Shown: positions 15,122 to 32,486, numbered from the stretch's first letter. The stretch: DNA of 64,000 nucleotides from the human T2T-CHM13v2.0 reference genome, Homo sapiens (GCF_009914755.1 NC_060947.1), one strand, 5' to 3'. Translations and numbers: made by a program. Notes: a model not told the origin generated them from the sequence alone.

Positions 15122-15485
15122 TGTTGTAAGCAGAATAATGCCTCAGTTCACACAAATATGTCCACATTCTAATCTCTGGAACCTGTGAATATGTTACCTT
15201 ACATGGCAAAAGGGCCTTTGCACATGTGATTAAGTTAAGCATTTTGAGATGGGGACATTATCCTGGATAATCTGGATGGGACTGATGTTGTCACAAGGGT
15301 CCTCATAAGAGAGGGCCAGAGGGTCAAACACAGAAGGCAATGTGATGACAGAAGCACAGGTTGGAATGATGCAATTGCTGGCTTTGGAGATGGAAGAGAG
15401 TGACAATTCAAGAAAAGGAGGCAGCCCCTAGAAGCAGGAAAAAGCAAGGAAAGGGATTCCCCCCTAGAGCTTGCAGAAAGGAACC
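15122..15485 (+). mobile_element. MaLR LTR (MLT1D-like), 3' part missing
   Basis: tgttgtaagcagaataatg...ctggaacctgtgaatatgttaccttacatggcaaaaggg...gagatggggacattatcctggataatctgg. Confidence 0.85.
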
Positions 15486-16439
15486 AAAGAGTCCCAGAAT
15501 TAAATGGCCCCTAATAAAGAATTCTAGATTTCAGGACAGTCTCCTCTTCTCTTGATTAGGACTGACCTTCTGTAGTGTGAGGTTGGCTGCCAAGATCATT
15601 TTATTTTAGGGGCAACAAGAAGAAGTGCCTTGCTCAGAAGAATTCACATTAGAGTTATGGAAGGAACGTGTGTGGTTTGTTGAGGGGGTAAGACAATTAG
15701 ATAGTGGCCTATGGAGCAAAGTGGTTTGCTACGTAGCTACTTCACTCAGACAGTTCAAAGGATGGGCAGGGGCTAGACTTTTGCCCTTAGAATTCTTTGA
15801 GGATCAGAGAAGTGACCTTCAGCTTGGTATTTCTTGAAGCTGAATGGCCTCTGAAGGTCAAGTTCATGAGGGAAGTATTGTAGCCAGCAGGAGGGCAGAA
15901 GGCTGCTATTTGCTGATTGGCAATTTCTCCAGGAAACAGCTCCCGTATTACTCTAGTTTAAGTATAAAATGAGGAAAACAAATTTTTCTTCCTCCAAGTT
16001 TATACAGCTCAATTTTTAACATGCTATTGAACTTTAAGGAGAAATTAATCTAAGCATTGTTATAATGGAGGTAAATACTCTATGCCCATTTCTATTATAG
16101 TTCCTGTTTAATATATTTTATTACCGAGCATTACCTGTATATTATTCAACAATATTTGCTCAGCACCTAGCGTAGAGAAGGGACACTTACCACATTCTTT
16201 GTGAATGAATGAAGAGCGATTTATTCAGAGAGCCAAATGATGCTGGCTGAATCTCAGTGAGGTTGAGACATGAGGAAAGCTAAAAGGCATGCTCTATTGA
16301 AAGAATATGTCATTCTGTTCCAGTGTTAGGAAGGTGGCCCACTACAGCTGCATAATGAACACTTCTTCAGAGAAAATCCTATTTCACTAACATGGCTGCT
16401 ACTACAAAACAAATGTGTCCTTTGTCTTCCATTAAGACA

Positions 16440-16903
16440 CTTAAAAAATACAGAAAAGTGCAAAGAACAACACTCCTATCCCTTCAGCCCTGTAATTAAC
16501 TATTAGCATTTTGCCCTATTTGCTTCTAGTTTGTTTTTAGACAATATAACATTACTGTTCAGCTGAAGGCCCCTTTGACCACCAGCTCAGTCTCCTACCC
16601 CTCCACATTAGAGACAAGTAGTATATTTCATATTTTTATGTCTATCACCATAAACAACTGATATTGATTTCTGTGTATATGATCTTTATATTTATATAGT
16701 TGGAATCATATTTTACTTATCATTCTACATCTTACTTTTTTCTTTCAGCACTGTTCTTCTAGATTTGCCCATGATGATTGATATATACAGATCTAGTTCA
16801 TTTCTTATGTTCCATCTTAAAACTATGCCCAAATAAATTATTCTATTCCCCTCTTGAAAGACACCTAGGATATTTTTACTCTTACTGCTATTACAAAGAG
16901 TGC
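16440..16903 (-). mobile_element. Old L1ME-type 3' region
   Basis: ggaatcata...ttctagatttgcccatg...ctattccc...tgctattacaaagagtgct motif order. Confidence 0.6.
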
Positions 16904-16904
16904 T

Positions 16905-18807
16905 GGAATGGCCTTCTTTTTCTAGATAAGATGGAGCAGTCCCATTTCTCCCTCTTAAAAATAAAAATCTATGGATTTAATGAAACAAACAATTATAGGA
17001 AGACTATGAAAAGGAAAAGAAGAAAGCAGACTGCCTTAGGGACCTCGGGACTTGAGGAACAACACAACAGTGATTTTTTATTTTTTTTTACCTCCTATAT
17101 ATCCCAGATGGTGTGCTGCTATAGTATCCAACCTGGAACCAACAGGCACAGACAAAAAGCTCCAAGAAAAGCCTGTCCCCACTAGCTAAAGCACTGGGAA
17201 ATGGTGGTCTAAAAACAGAAAATCTGATTGGCAATACCTGCTCTACTACAGATAACTACTAATGGAAAAGCTATCCCATCCCTCATGGTTTCAGTGGAGC
17301 CAAGCACTGAAGCAGTGGAAAGAAACTGATCTTCTGCCACAGCCTCCCATTTCGCAGAAGCAGATGACTATATTCCAATCTCCCCACTGGGAAACAGGTC
17401 TTCCACCTTGCCTCCACCTAGTGAAAGCAGGTGGTCATACTCTGAGTCTCCCACTCAGATGGTATTGATGGGCAGAGTGGGAAGCTGATCTTCTACTCTT
17501 CCATTCCTCTACCCCATTGCCACCTATTCCCAGAAACAGGTAATATTTTGGTTTCCTCCCTGGCCTAGGATGATGTTGGCAGGGCTGAGCAAGAGGGAGC
17601 TGATTTTCTATCCTCCTACCTGGCAGGGGCAGGTGGCACTCAGAGTCCCTGTCAGGGTAGTGTCAGTGGGGCCTAGTGGGGAGGCGGGCTTCTATCCCTG
17701 CCTAATATCAATAAGGTATAATAAAGAGGAACAAGATGGAGCTAGCAGGCATTTCCATCCACCCCATGGAAGCAGGGCCCAGTAGGAAACTGTGTCTTTA
17801 TTCCCACCCAGCAACCATGAGACTGAATGATGAGGTGTAAGGCAGAACAAGTGGGAATTCTGCTTTTCGCCTTCCTGGTGTCAGCTTGGTCCACAGAAAA
17901 GCTGAATTTCCAACACACATGGCAGCAACAAGTTAGAACATGGGTGTGTAAGGTGGTGAGAATTGGCCCTCTATTTTATCCCCTATCCTCAGTGTCAGCA
18001 GGGCCCAGTGGGGTGCTGAGCATACATGACCACTTGGTATGAGTTGGTGCCCCATATTCACAAGGAAGGTGTCAGTAGGAACAGAAAAGGAGCTGAACTT
18101 CCATTCCACCATCTGCAATAGGATAGTACGATTTAACCTTCACTTTTGCCAGGGTAATATTAACAGGCACACACAGAAACTGAATAACCATTTCCGCCCA
18201 TATCTGTATACTACAATTAAACATGGTGATTGTCTGCTATAAAGAAGGTTAAATAAGATCCAGAATCTTACAGGATAATACCTAAATATCCGAGGATACA
18301 ACTGAGAATCACTCATTATACCAAGAACCAGGAAAATTATAACTTCAATATGAAAAGATAATCAACAAGCATCAACAATGAGATGATTCAGATGTTGAAA
18401 TTATCTGGATTTTAAGGTAGCAATCACAAAAATGCTTCAATGAGCATTAACAAACCTTTTTAAAACAAATGAAAAATATTTCAACAAATAATTTGAAAAT
18501 ATAAAGGAGAACCAAAGGGATATTATAGAACTGAAAAATACAGTAACTCAAATTTAAAAATCAAAAGCTCCCTGGCCAGGTACAGTAGAAGACTGGTGAC
18601 AAGACAAGGAACAATCAGTAAACTCAGAGACAGATGAATAGAAATTGTCCAATATGAACAACAAAGAGGAAAATAGGATGAAAAAATATAAAATGAACAG
18701 AACCTGAGGGAATGTATAGTAACAAAAGATCTAACATTTGTGTTACTGGAGTCTTGGAAGGAGAAGAGAAGGAATGGAGTCTGAAAAATCATTTGGAGAA
18801 ATAGCAA
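16905..18807 (+). mobile_element. Old mammalian L1 (L1MC/MD-type) 5'UTR with degenerate tandem units, plus decayed ORF1
   Basis: Starts ...tctagataagatggagcag; repeated gtgtcag...ggg...gagctga units 17480-18110; purine-rich ORF1-like text 18330-18800. Confidence 0.7.
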
Positions 18808-19060
18808 GGCATCATAGCTTAGCCTAGTCTGACTTAAATGTGCTCAGAACTATTACATTAGCTTACAGTTGGGTAAAATAATCTAACACAAAGCTGATTT
18901 TATAATCAATTGTTGAACATCTCATGTGATATATTGAATACTGTACTGAAAGTGAAAAACAAGATGCTTGTATGGGCACTCGAAGTACAGTTTCTACTAA
19001 GCACATATTGCTTTTGTGCCATTGTGAAGGTGAAAAAGGGTAAATTGAAGATCATTTGTA
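18808..19060 (+). mobile_element. MER47A-like TcMar-Tigger DNA transposon fragment
   Basis: catcatagcttagcctag...tgctcagaac...tattgaatactgtactgaaagtgaaaaac...ctcgaagtacagtttctact. Confidence 0.75.
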
Positions 19061-19289
19061 TTTATTTATTTATTTTATTATACTTTAAGTTCTAGGGTAC
19101 ATGTGCACAATATGCAGGTTTGTTACATACGTATACATGTGCCATGTTGGTTTGCTGCACCCATTAACGTGTCATCTACATTAGGTATTTCTCCTAATGC
19201 TATCCCTCCCCCCACCGCATGACAGACCCCGTTGTGTGATGTTCCCCACCTTGTGTCCATGTGTTCTCATTGTTCAATTCCCACCTATG

Positions 19290-23123
<3,834 letters not shown>

Positions 23124-23189
23124 TATGATGTTAGCTGGTTATTTTGCCTGTTCATTGATGCAGTTTCTTCCTAGCATCGATGGTCTTTC

Positions 23190-24212
23190 CAATTTGGCCT
23201 GTTTTTGCAGTGGCTGGTACCAGTTGTTTCTTTCCGTGTTTAGTGTTTCCTTCAGGAGCTCTTGTAAGGCAGACCTGGTGGTGACAAAATCTCTCAGCAT
23301 TTGCTTGTCTGTAAAGGATTTTATTCCTCCTTCACTTATGAAGCTTAATTTGGGGGGATATGAAATTCTGGATTGAAAATTCTTTTCTTTAAGAATGTTG
23401 AATATTGGCGTCCACTCTCTTCTGGCTTATAGAGTTTCTGCCAAGAGATCCACTGTTAGTCTGATGGGCTTCCCTTTGTGGGTAACCTGACCTTTGTCTC
23501 TGGCTGCGCCTATCATTTTTTCCTTCATTTCAACCTTGGTGAATCTGACAATTAGGTGTCTTGGGGTTGCTCTTCTCGAGGAGTATCTTGGTGGTGTTCT
23601 CTGTATTTCCTGAATTTGAATGTTGGCCTGCCTTGCTAGGTTGGGGAAGTTTTCCTGGATAATATCCTGAAGTGTGTTTTCCAGCTCAGTTCCATTCTCC
23701 CCATCACTTTCAGGTACACCAATCCAATGTAGATTTGGTCTTTTCACATAGTCCCATATTTCTTGGAGGCTTTGTTCATTTCTTTTTACTCTTTTTTCTC
23801 TATTCTTCTCTTCTTGCTTCATTTCATTAGTTTGATCTTCAATCACTGATACCCTTTCTTCCATTTGATTGAATTGGCTACTGTCACTTGTGCATGCGTC
23901 ACGTAGTTCTCATGCCATGGTTTTCAGCTCCATCAGGTCATTTAAGGTCTTCTCTACACTGTTTATTCTAGTTAGCTATTCATCTAATCTTTTTTCAAGG
24001 TTTTTATCTTCCTCGCAATGGGTTTCAACATCCTCCTTTAGCTCAGAGTAGTTTGTTATTACCGACCTTCTGAAGCCTACTTCTGTCAACTTGTCAAAGT
24101 CATTCTCCATCCAGCTTTGTTCCATTGCTGGTAAAGAGCTGCAATCCTTTGGAAGAGAAGAGGCACTCTGATTTTCAGAATTTTCAGCTTCTCTGCTCTG
24201 GTTTCTCCCCAT
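23190..24212 (-). pseudogene. L1 ORF1p, disrupted
   Basis: ORFs 23976..24212 (MGRNQSREAENS) and 23427..23864 (RNEQSLQEIWDYVKRPNL, RFTKVEMKEK). Confidence 0.92.
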
Positions 24213-25269
24213 CTTTGTGGTTTTATCTACCTTTGGTCTTTGATGATGGTGACCTACAGATGGGGTTTTGGTGTGGATGTTCTTTTTGTTGATGTTGATG
24301 CTATTCCCTTCTGTTTGTTAGTTTTCCTTCTAACAGTCAGGTCCCTCAGCTGCAGGTCTGTTGGAGTTTGCTGGAGGTCCACTCCAGACCCTGTTTCCCA
24401 GGGTATCACCAGCGGAAGCTGCAGAGCAGCAAATATTGCAGAACAGCAAATATTGCTGCCTGATCCTTCCTCTGGAAGCTTTGTGTCAGAGGGCACCTGG
24501 CTGTATGAGGTGTCTGTCAGCTCCTACTGGGAGGTGTCTCCCAGTTAGGGCACACGGGGGTCAGGGACCCACTTGAGGAGGCAGTCTGTCTGTACTCAGA
24601 GCTCAAACACTGTGCTGGGAGAACCATTGCTCTCTTCAGAGCTGTCCAACAGGGATGTTTAAGTCTGCAGAATTTTCTGCTGCCTTTTGTTCAGCTCTGC
24701 CCTGCCCCAGAGGTGGAGTCTACAGAGGCAGGCAGGCCTCATTGAGCCGTGTTGGTCTCCACCCAGTTTGAGCTTCCCCGCCACTTTGTTTACCTACTCA
24801 AGCTTCAGCAATGGCGGACACCCCTCCCCGAGCCAGGATGCCACCTAGCAGTTAGATCTCAGAATGCTGCACTTGCAGTGAGTAAGGCTCTGTGGGTGTG
24901 GCACCCGCTGAGCCAGGCATGGGATATAATCTCCTGGTGTGCCATTTGCTAAGACTGTTGGAAAAGCACAGTATTTAGATGTCAGTGTCCCGATTTTCCA
25001 GGTACAGTCTTTCACGGCTTCCCTTGGCCAGGAAAGGGAAATCCCCAGACCCCTTGCACTTCCCGGGTGAGGCGATGCCCCACCCTGCTTCAGCTCACCC
25101 TCTGTGGGCTGCATCCAGTGTCCAACCAGTCCCAATGAGATGAACCAGGTACCTCAGCTGGAAATGCAGAAATCACCCATCTTCTGCATCGATCACGCTG
25201 GGAGCTGCAGACTTGAGCTGTTCCTATTCGGCCATCTTGGAATGAACCTCTGATTGTTTGTATTTATAT

Positions 25270-25640
25270 TTAAAGAGTGGAGAAGGTAAAGCTAAATGGA
25301 TGTAAGATTTCTTTACTTCAGTTCACTTGAAGTGGCAAAACATTGGTATAAGTAGGCTGTGATATGTTCTGTATATGTATGTAGTAATAGCAAAAGCAAC
25401 TACTCAAAAAACTGCACAATACATTATAAATTATATAATTCAAATACATTTAAATAAATCAAAATGGAATTTTGTAAAATGTTCAAGTGACCCAAAAGAA
25501 GTCCTCAAAGGTAAACAAAGAAACAAGAAACAGTACAAGCAAAAACAAAAAACAAAATGGCAGACTTAAGCCTTATACATATTACTAATTACTTGAAGTC
25601 TGAATGGTTTAAATATACCAAGTAAAAAGCCAAGATTTTA
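25270..25640 (+). mobile_element. Old L1M inter-ORF region and ORF2 start, probable continuation of the 16905-18807 element
   Basis: aaaatggcagacttaagcc...attactaattac...tgaatggtttaaatataccaagtaaaaagccaagatt resembles the ORF2 N-terminus. Confidence 0.7.
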
Positions 25641-25642
25641 AT

Positions 25643-25865
25643 TATCCCCTCCAAAAAAAGGTACCTATTAATAGTCATTCCCTATTCCCATCCTCTTCCC
25701 TATCCTTAGCCCTATGCAACTACAAAATGACGTTTTATCTCTATGGGTTTGCCTATTTTAGACATTACCCATGAATGGAATCATACAACATCCAGTCCTT
25801 GGTAAGTGGTTTCTTTAACTTAACAGTATGTTTTCAAGTTTCATCCATGTTGTGGCATATCCCCT
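25643..25865 (-). mobile_element. L1MB-type 3' fragment
   Basis: tctctatgggtttgcctattttagacatt...atggaatcatacaa...ttcatccatgttgtggcat. Confidence 0.75.
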
Positions 25866-25879
25866 CATTTTTTAAGCTA

Positions 25880-26125
25880 TTATTTATTAGGCACAAAACA
25901 TGATGCCAGGAACTATGATGAGTTCATTGGGTGCTTCATTTTGTTTTCTCTTCAAGACAATACTTTAAGGATAAATAAGATTATCTGTATTACAGATGAG
26001 GAAAATGAAACTCAGCAAAGTTAAATATTTGCTCAACATCTCACAGCGAATAAGTGACTGAGCCAGAAATTAAATCCCGGTTTGATGCCAAAGCTCATGT
26101 TCCTTCCACTATGCCATGCCACTTC
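25880..26125 (-). mobile_element. MIR SINE
   Basis: ttacagatgaggaaaatgaaactcag...gagccagaaattaaatccc...ccaaagctcatgttc. Confidence 0.8.
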
Positions 26126-27770
26126 ACTGTCCAAAACAGAGTGGATCTGTTCCAGAAGACAATTTGGAATCTGCCCAGTGATCAGTGATGATTGTTTTTT
26201 GGCCATAACAATAGTACTTGAGGGTCCTATTGGCCTCAACTTGAGCTAGTTCCCTTGGGAACAGGAAGGACTGGTTTCCTCCAACTGTAAAAGCTGACCT
26301 TGCAGAACTGGGTGTATCTTCCAGAACCTCCCATATCTTTCATCTGTGACCAATTCTGCTGCATGTAAACAGATTTGGCTAATATTCTTCCCCATCTACA
26401 CCAAAGGAGTCAACCGGCCTCAAACCTTTGAGTTTTTAGACAAAAGAAATATATGTTAACTTTGTACTACAGTTGGCAGTGATTTATCTAGGTTTTCATG
26501 AGTAATCAATGTAAGTGGAAGACATTGCTTGTTTACTACAGATAGCTATAATTATTTCCAAGAAAAACTTGAAATTTCCAGAGAAATTTGGTGTTTCCTT
26601 CTGTAGATTCTTTCTATAGTCTCTTTAAAAAAATCTACTTTTCTTTTGTGGTGAAAAGAGCATTTTAAAATTTTCTCTCAGAGACTTAAGAGCAGAAAAT
26701 TTGTTGAGCAAATAATGTGCAGTTTGGAAAAGCAGCTTGAGTAGCCAGATTTTCAGTGGATAATTTGATATTCTTAGATTGTCAGATAGTTTAAGCCATC
26801 CAGGTAATTTGCTGCTTTAAACCAAAACACAATTTCCTCTCCAAGCCCCTACAACTTATTTTTGTTGTTTGAAATGTTGCCTTACAATAGCTTTCTCCTT
26901 TCAATTCGCCATTCTGCACCATCTGTTAGAAGAGTGCCTATTTTGAATGCAGTGTTCATATACCCTATCATTCTTATAGCTTCTGGAGGAGCCAGGCCAT
27001 TTGGAGAATGAATCCTGGCATTGGGAAAAGAAATAAGAAGGAAAGGTGGAAACAGAGTCGTCAATATATTTCTGTGAAGTATCTCTTCGGTAGGATAATA
27101 ACTGTCCCATGGTGGTTTGTCCTTTGAGCAAGGGAAGTGATGCCAAATTGAAAATAGGCTAGGGGGTAGTGAAACTCAGACCTAAATCAAGTAGAAAGTA
27201 TAAGGGCCTACAGCAATAAGTATCATTATTTTTAGCTGAGTAGAATTCATATCAGAGGTGGAGTCATGAATAAGAACATAGGTTAGCAATATGATAGCAA
27301 GATGGTACTAGAAAACGAGATAAAAGTAGCCTAACTTTATTCTGCCTGATGATCTATTGCTGGCACAGGCCTCCTTTTAAAGTCCTGGGAGCATCCCTTG
27401 TAGGTTGAACTGCTTTTTGTCTTTAAGGCTTCAACCAGAGCCCAACATTCTCAAGTGTCCAGGGAGAGAAATAAAGATGGGTATTCAATAGTTTTAAATG
27501 CAGCCCAGTGAGCGGGATTAGTTAGTGGATTAAGGAAACAGTCTTATTTTTTCACATTCCCAACATCAAATAATTCATTTATGGGCACTTGCTTCGGAAA
27601 ATAGGAAGTGCTGGTGGGTAACAAACCTTGGATTATACTGATGTAAATTAATACAGATTTGAGGGTACAGGAATGGAGTCCAAGGTTTGATCATGTGAGT
27701 ACCTTATTCTTCCATCTGACCATTCATCTGGATCAACTCTTGAGATTCAGACCAAGGGGTTCTGAGTATC

Positions 27771-28145
27771 TGTGATGGCTAATTTTATGTGTCAACTTGA
27801 GTGAGCCATGGAATGCCCAGATATTTGGCTCATCATTGTTCTTGGTGTGTCTGTGAAGGTGTTTCTGGATGAGAGTAACATTTGAATTGGTAGACTGAGT
27901 AAAGCAGATGGCCCTCCCAAATCAGCATGGGCCTCATTCAGTCTGTTGAAAGACAGAATAGCATAAGAAGTTGAGTAAGAATTCTTTCTCTCTTCCTGAT
28001 TATCTTCTGCCTTCAGACTCGGACTCAGATTGGAACTTACATCATTGGATTTCCTGATTCTCAGGCCTTCAGATTAGGACTGAAACAATACCATCAACTC
28101 TTCTGGGTCTGAACATCTCAGCCTCTATAATTGCATGAGCCAATT
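27771..28145 (+). mobile_element. ERVL LTR (MLT2B-like)
   Basis: tgtgatggctaattttatgtgtcaacttga...tttgaattggtagactgagtaaagcagatggccctccc...ctcagcctctataattgcatgagccaatt. Confidence 0.88.
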
Positions 28146-28166
28146 ACATATATATATATATGTAAT

Positions 28167-28202
<36 letters not shown>

Positions 28203-28225
28203 TAACACATATATAGATAACACAT
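28146..28225. repeat. (TA)n/(GA)n compound microsatellite
   Basis: Direct reading; includes perfect palindrome 28142-28167. Confidence 0.9.
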
Positions 28226-28387
28226 AATCAGTCCAATTTTTCTAGTGGTGACATTCTTGGGAAAACAGAGATAAGTATTCTTGTAATGCCCCTGCAAGAG
28301 GAAAAAAAATATTCAGAGTCAACTACAGCCACCTTTCTTCTACATAGTCACAAAGACCCATGTGGAGGCTTGAAAATTGGATAACAG

Positions 28388-28803
<416 letters not shown>

Positions 28804-29359
28804 CTATAGCTGTATGGGACCAAAATCAGCTCTTCTGGCTGAATTGACTGGCCAACAGATGAGTGAGGATGTGATGTAGACCCAGTCTGTGTATCACTTG
28901 TGTCACTGCTCTAAGTGTACACAGGGCAGAGGTTGCATTACTGTATTGTGTGAACAGTGTCCAGGATAGCGTCACATATAGACAAGGGCTTATCAGAGTT
29001 ATTTGATGATACAGTTGGTAATTTTCCCTCTGTATGCAGATCTCTTGGGAGAAAGAAGACTAACTAGAAGTACTGTTTTGTTTACATGGCAAAACGTATT
29101 TAACGTCATAAAAGAAAAATGCAATCAGTCATGACGATGTCTGGATTTTCTTAGGGACAGGTAACATTTACCCCCCAGAGGAAGAAGATCAGACCTGCAG
29201 CTTATTTTAAATTATCTCACAGGTCATACATTAGGCGACAATTCTGTTTATGTATGTAGTTGGGAACACAAACATGACATTTAAAGTATTTTGTCCATAT
29301 ATATTAAAAACATAAAAGGAATACTTTTTCATTCAAGATCATTATCTTGGCAAAAATAT

Positions 29360-29482
29360 AATGATGATGATGATAACTATGATGATGGTTATGAGAGTAA
29401 TAGCTACCATGTATTGAGTGCTTACTAAGTGGTTGTTGTTGTTCTTAGTGCTTTACATATAACAACTCATTTAGTCCTCAAA
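29360..29482 (-). mobile_element. MIR 3' fragment preceded by (GAT)n
   Basis: taatagctaccatgtattgagtgcttac...gtgctttacatataacaactcatttagtcctca. Confidence 0.7.
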
Positions 29483-30023
29483 AAGATTACCTTCAACTAC
29501 TTAGCTTCATTTGGGGATGCTCCCTAAGTGTGAAAAATGAAGTATTTTAGGAGTTCCTGCACTGGTGAACTTTAAATAGAAATTAAATTCTGTCAATTTT
29601 TACCTATTGTTAAAATGTAAAAGATTATATTATTTTCTTTTTTAAAAAGTCATGTGTTAGATTTTTGCTTCTTGGGACTTTGGCAAACATCAAACTCTTT
29701 CTGTCTTTTTTATCCTTGCCTTATTCCCTTTGCTCATTATTTCCTATTGTTTTCATCCCTCTCTTCTTCATCCTTTCCTCAGTGGTCAGGTATAGAAACA
29801 TGAAAAACATTATTTGTGGTGTGGGCCCTGTTTATATCCTGCAAAAGATAACACTACACATCAGGCCATTTGAAAACTTCTGGACTACAAAGATAATTTT
29901 TCAATATTTACAACCTAACAATGTTTAGAATAAATAAATTAGGTCCAGATTTAACCAGGTTTTATATCAGGGTAATTTTGTCTATCTTTGACTATTGCAC
30001 AGCCTTACATAGATAATATATTA

Positions 30024-30060
30024 TGTGTGTGTGTGTGTGTGTGAGCATGCATGTGTGTGT
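30024..30060. repeat. (TG)n microsatellite
   Basis: Direct reading. Confidence 0.9.
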
Positions 30061-32073
30061 TAGAATTGAGGATAAAGGATTAGAAGTGACTCCATATTGA
30101 CCTTACAGACCAGCACTGTACTTCTAAAAGGTTTACAGCCATAGCTCTCAATTTCTATTCCTGAAATATCTGGTAATGATAAACCCAGGATAAAATAGCT
30201 TTTAATTTTAAAGCAGATACACAGCTTTATTTTTCTTTAATATCCCAATGCCTAATAGAGAAACAGGTGCACTTTGATTCATAGAATTTACTTGATGGCG
30301 TTGTAGCCATTCTAATAACAATGTGTCTTTGAACCTTATGAAAATGAAATACACTCAAGCACGGAAGGTGAGCATCATCTAAAGGACACCCACAGAGGCA
30401 TCAATCTCTGATCCCTCTGCCATCCAAGCTCTGGGGGACGATTTGAGTGGAACCCTTTCCAAGCTATCAGCTACTGTTCTCTTTATCAAAGATAAACACG
30501 ACATCTCTCAGTGAAATTAAATCAATCTAAAATGAACTGTTTTTCAAGTAAACTGGTTCATGCTTTTCCACTCTGGCCCAAATTTTTCCAGGTATCCTAC
30601 AAGGAATCTTGCTGTTAAATAAAAGTAAGCGATTGAAAAAAGAAAAAGCTTTCTCCCAAGCTGTAAGCTCATTCCTCCCTAAAATCAATCTCCTAACAAG
30701 TACTGCTGTAATAACATGAGCTTGGGAAGTGTTTGCTTTACCACTTTCAATGCCAGGTTGATTACTGAAATAAAAGTTAAAGTCTATTTTTAACTACTGT
30801 ATTTGGAGAAAGAGAGTGAGAATGAGAATAATCAAGAGAGAAAGTCTATGAGAGAGAGACAGAGATTGTGAGAGACAGATTGTATATGCATGTGACTGTG
30901 AGAATGTGGAGGGTGGAGTTTGAGCACGGCAAATTTATGAAGTAAATAAAGTTTGCCATTAGTATGCTCTGTGCTCCACCTACTCTGGGTGCCCTTTTTC
31001 CCCGCTGGCTCTGCCCCATTGCTGCCCAAATCGTCTGGCTATAGTGCTCCTATCATTCTTGGCCCCATGCATGACCCCTGTCCTGGACATTTATTTCTCC
31101 CTGTTTTCTGTCACAATTTTTCTGTTCTGAATCCTGTTAATTAGGTGCCACTTGCTAGCTGATAATGAATGTCTTTCTTTGCTGAAAAACATAGAACCAC
31201 AGAAAATAAGAGCTGAATGAGAACTGGCCTAAACCTCCCCTTTTATACCTTGGTGATCCTGGATCCCAGGATGGAAAATACCTCAATCAAAGACATACAG
31301 CTTGCTAATGAGGGCTAACAGTTTACACACACACTCCCGCACCTCCTCTCCTATTTTAAATGTAATCTTCTGGATTTAATGCTTCAGCCCGAAAGAGTGG
31401 CTAATGGTGGAATTTTCTGATACTTGCTATAGAGTAATAGATATGAAAACGTTTTGAACCATTTTTAAGACTTTCAGTAGGAAGTCTGTCCTTTTCTACC
31501 ATGGATTTGGCTCCACCTCCTGAGTGGCAATGGTGAGTATGTCATCCTACCTGGTTGCACCTGTCACATGTCTAGGCTGCTTGTGCTGTTTGCCATAGGT
31601 ACTACCTCTGGTATTTTCTCAGATGGAAGTCAAAGAAGTGGCTGCCTGAGAAGAAATGAGTCTATTGCAAGCTGTTTTCACCGTTTCATTGAGCTCATTT
31701 CCATTCCCTCTCTTTTGTAAATCACTAATGTGACTTGCCCACACAAATGGAAAGAAGCAGCTCCAATTAAAAATGCGTGGGGCTGTTTCCTACGAAATTC
31801 ACTGTGGGAAGTCATCCACTCTAGAAAACACAGCCATCTTTATGCTTTGCTTCCTATATTCTATTTGGAACTTAATATACCAAAAACAGAAAGGCCAGGT
31901 TGGCTGGTATTATGGACCTGTGGGAGACTTACAGAGATGGAGCTCATTTTTTCTCAGGCTCCCTTTCTCTCAAAGTGTTCACAGAAGTATGATGCAGTCT
32001 TGGTTTTAATATATTACATTTCAGTGACCTTAGAGTTAGAAGTAACCACACAGACTGATTATGACAGCCTAAC

Positions 32074-32486
32074 TGTTAACGAAGACTCTCTTCTTGGCCA
32101 AACTTTAGTTAGCCTCCTCTGAGCCCACTTCTTGACTAGGCCTCAATCTTAGCCCTTGTTCTAGGTTTGGCCTGCCCAGCCCAGTCTTAGAATTCTGCTA
32201 AGTTACGCCTCTACCCTTGATATCTGATCAGGTTCCTCATCCCCTAGGCTTAATGTCTAAATTCTTGGCCTGTTACACCAGCTTAGCAATAATTCCCCAA
32301 TCTTTAATGCCTCCTCTTAGTAATTTTCCATCCATTGATCCCCACTCACATCCTGATCCTTGGCTATAAATCCCCACTTACCCTTGCTGTATTTAGAGTG
32401 AAGCCCCTTCTCTCTTTCCCAATGTGTCTCAAATAAATTCTTCCTTACCATTTTAACAAGTATCAGAATATTTTTTCTCTTTAAAA
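32074..32486 (+). mobile_element. ERV1 solo LTR (MER31-like)
   Basis: aagactctcttcttggccaaactttagttagcctcctctgagccc...gactaggcctc; TATA-like ggctataaatcccc and aataaa near the 3' end. Confidence 0.75.

Noticed and set aside
27585-27612. gcacttgcttcgg resembling the U6 snRNA 5' end
   Set aside because: Similarity ends after about 12 nt; no U6 body
31480-31540. ATG followed by strong donor ATG|GTGAGT near 31532
   Set aside because: No convincing promoter or acceptor context; isolated donor motifs are common
31730-32122. 130-aa ORF (also 10421..10825, 16778..17185, 45533..45895, 46036..46422, 55611..56003)
   Set aside because: No recognisable domain; most overlap decayed repeats or use non-ATG starts; lengths compatible with chance
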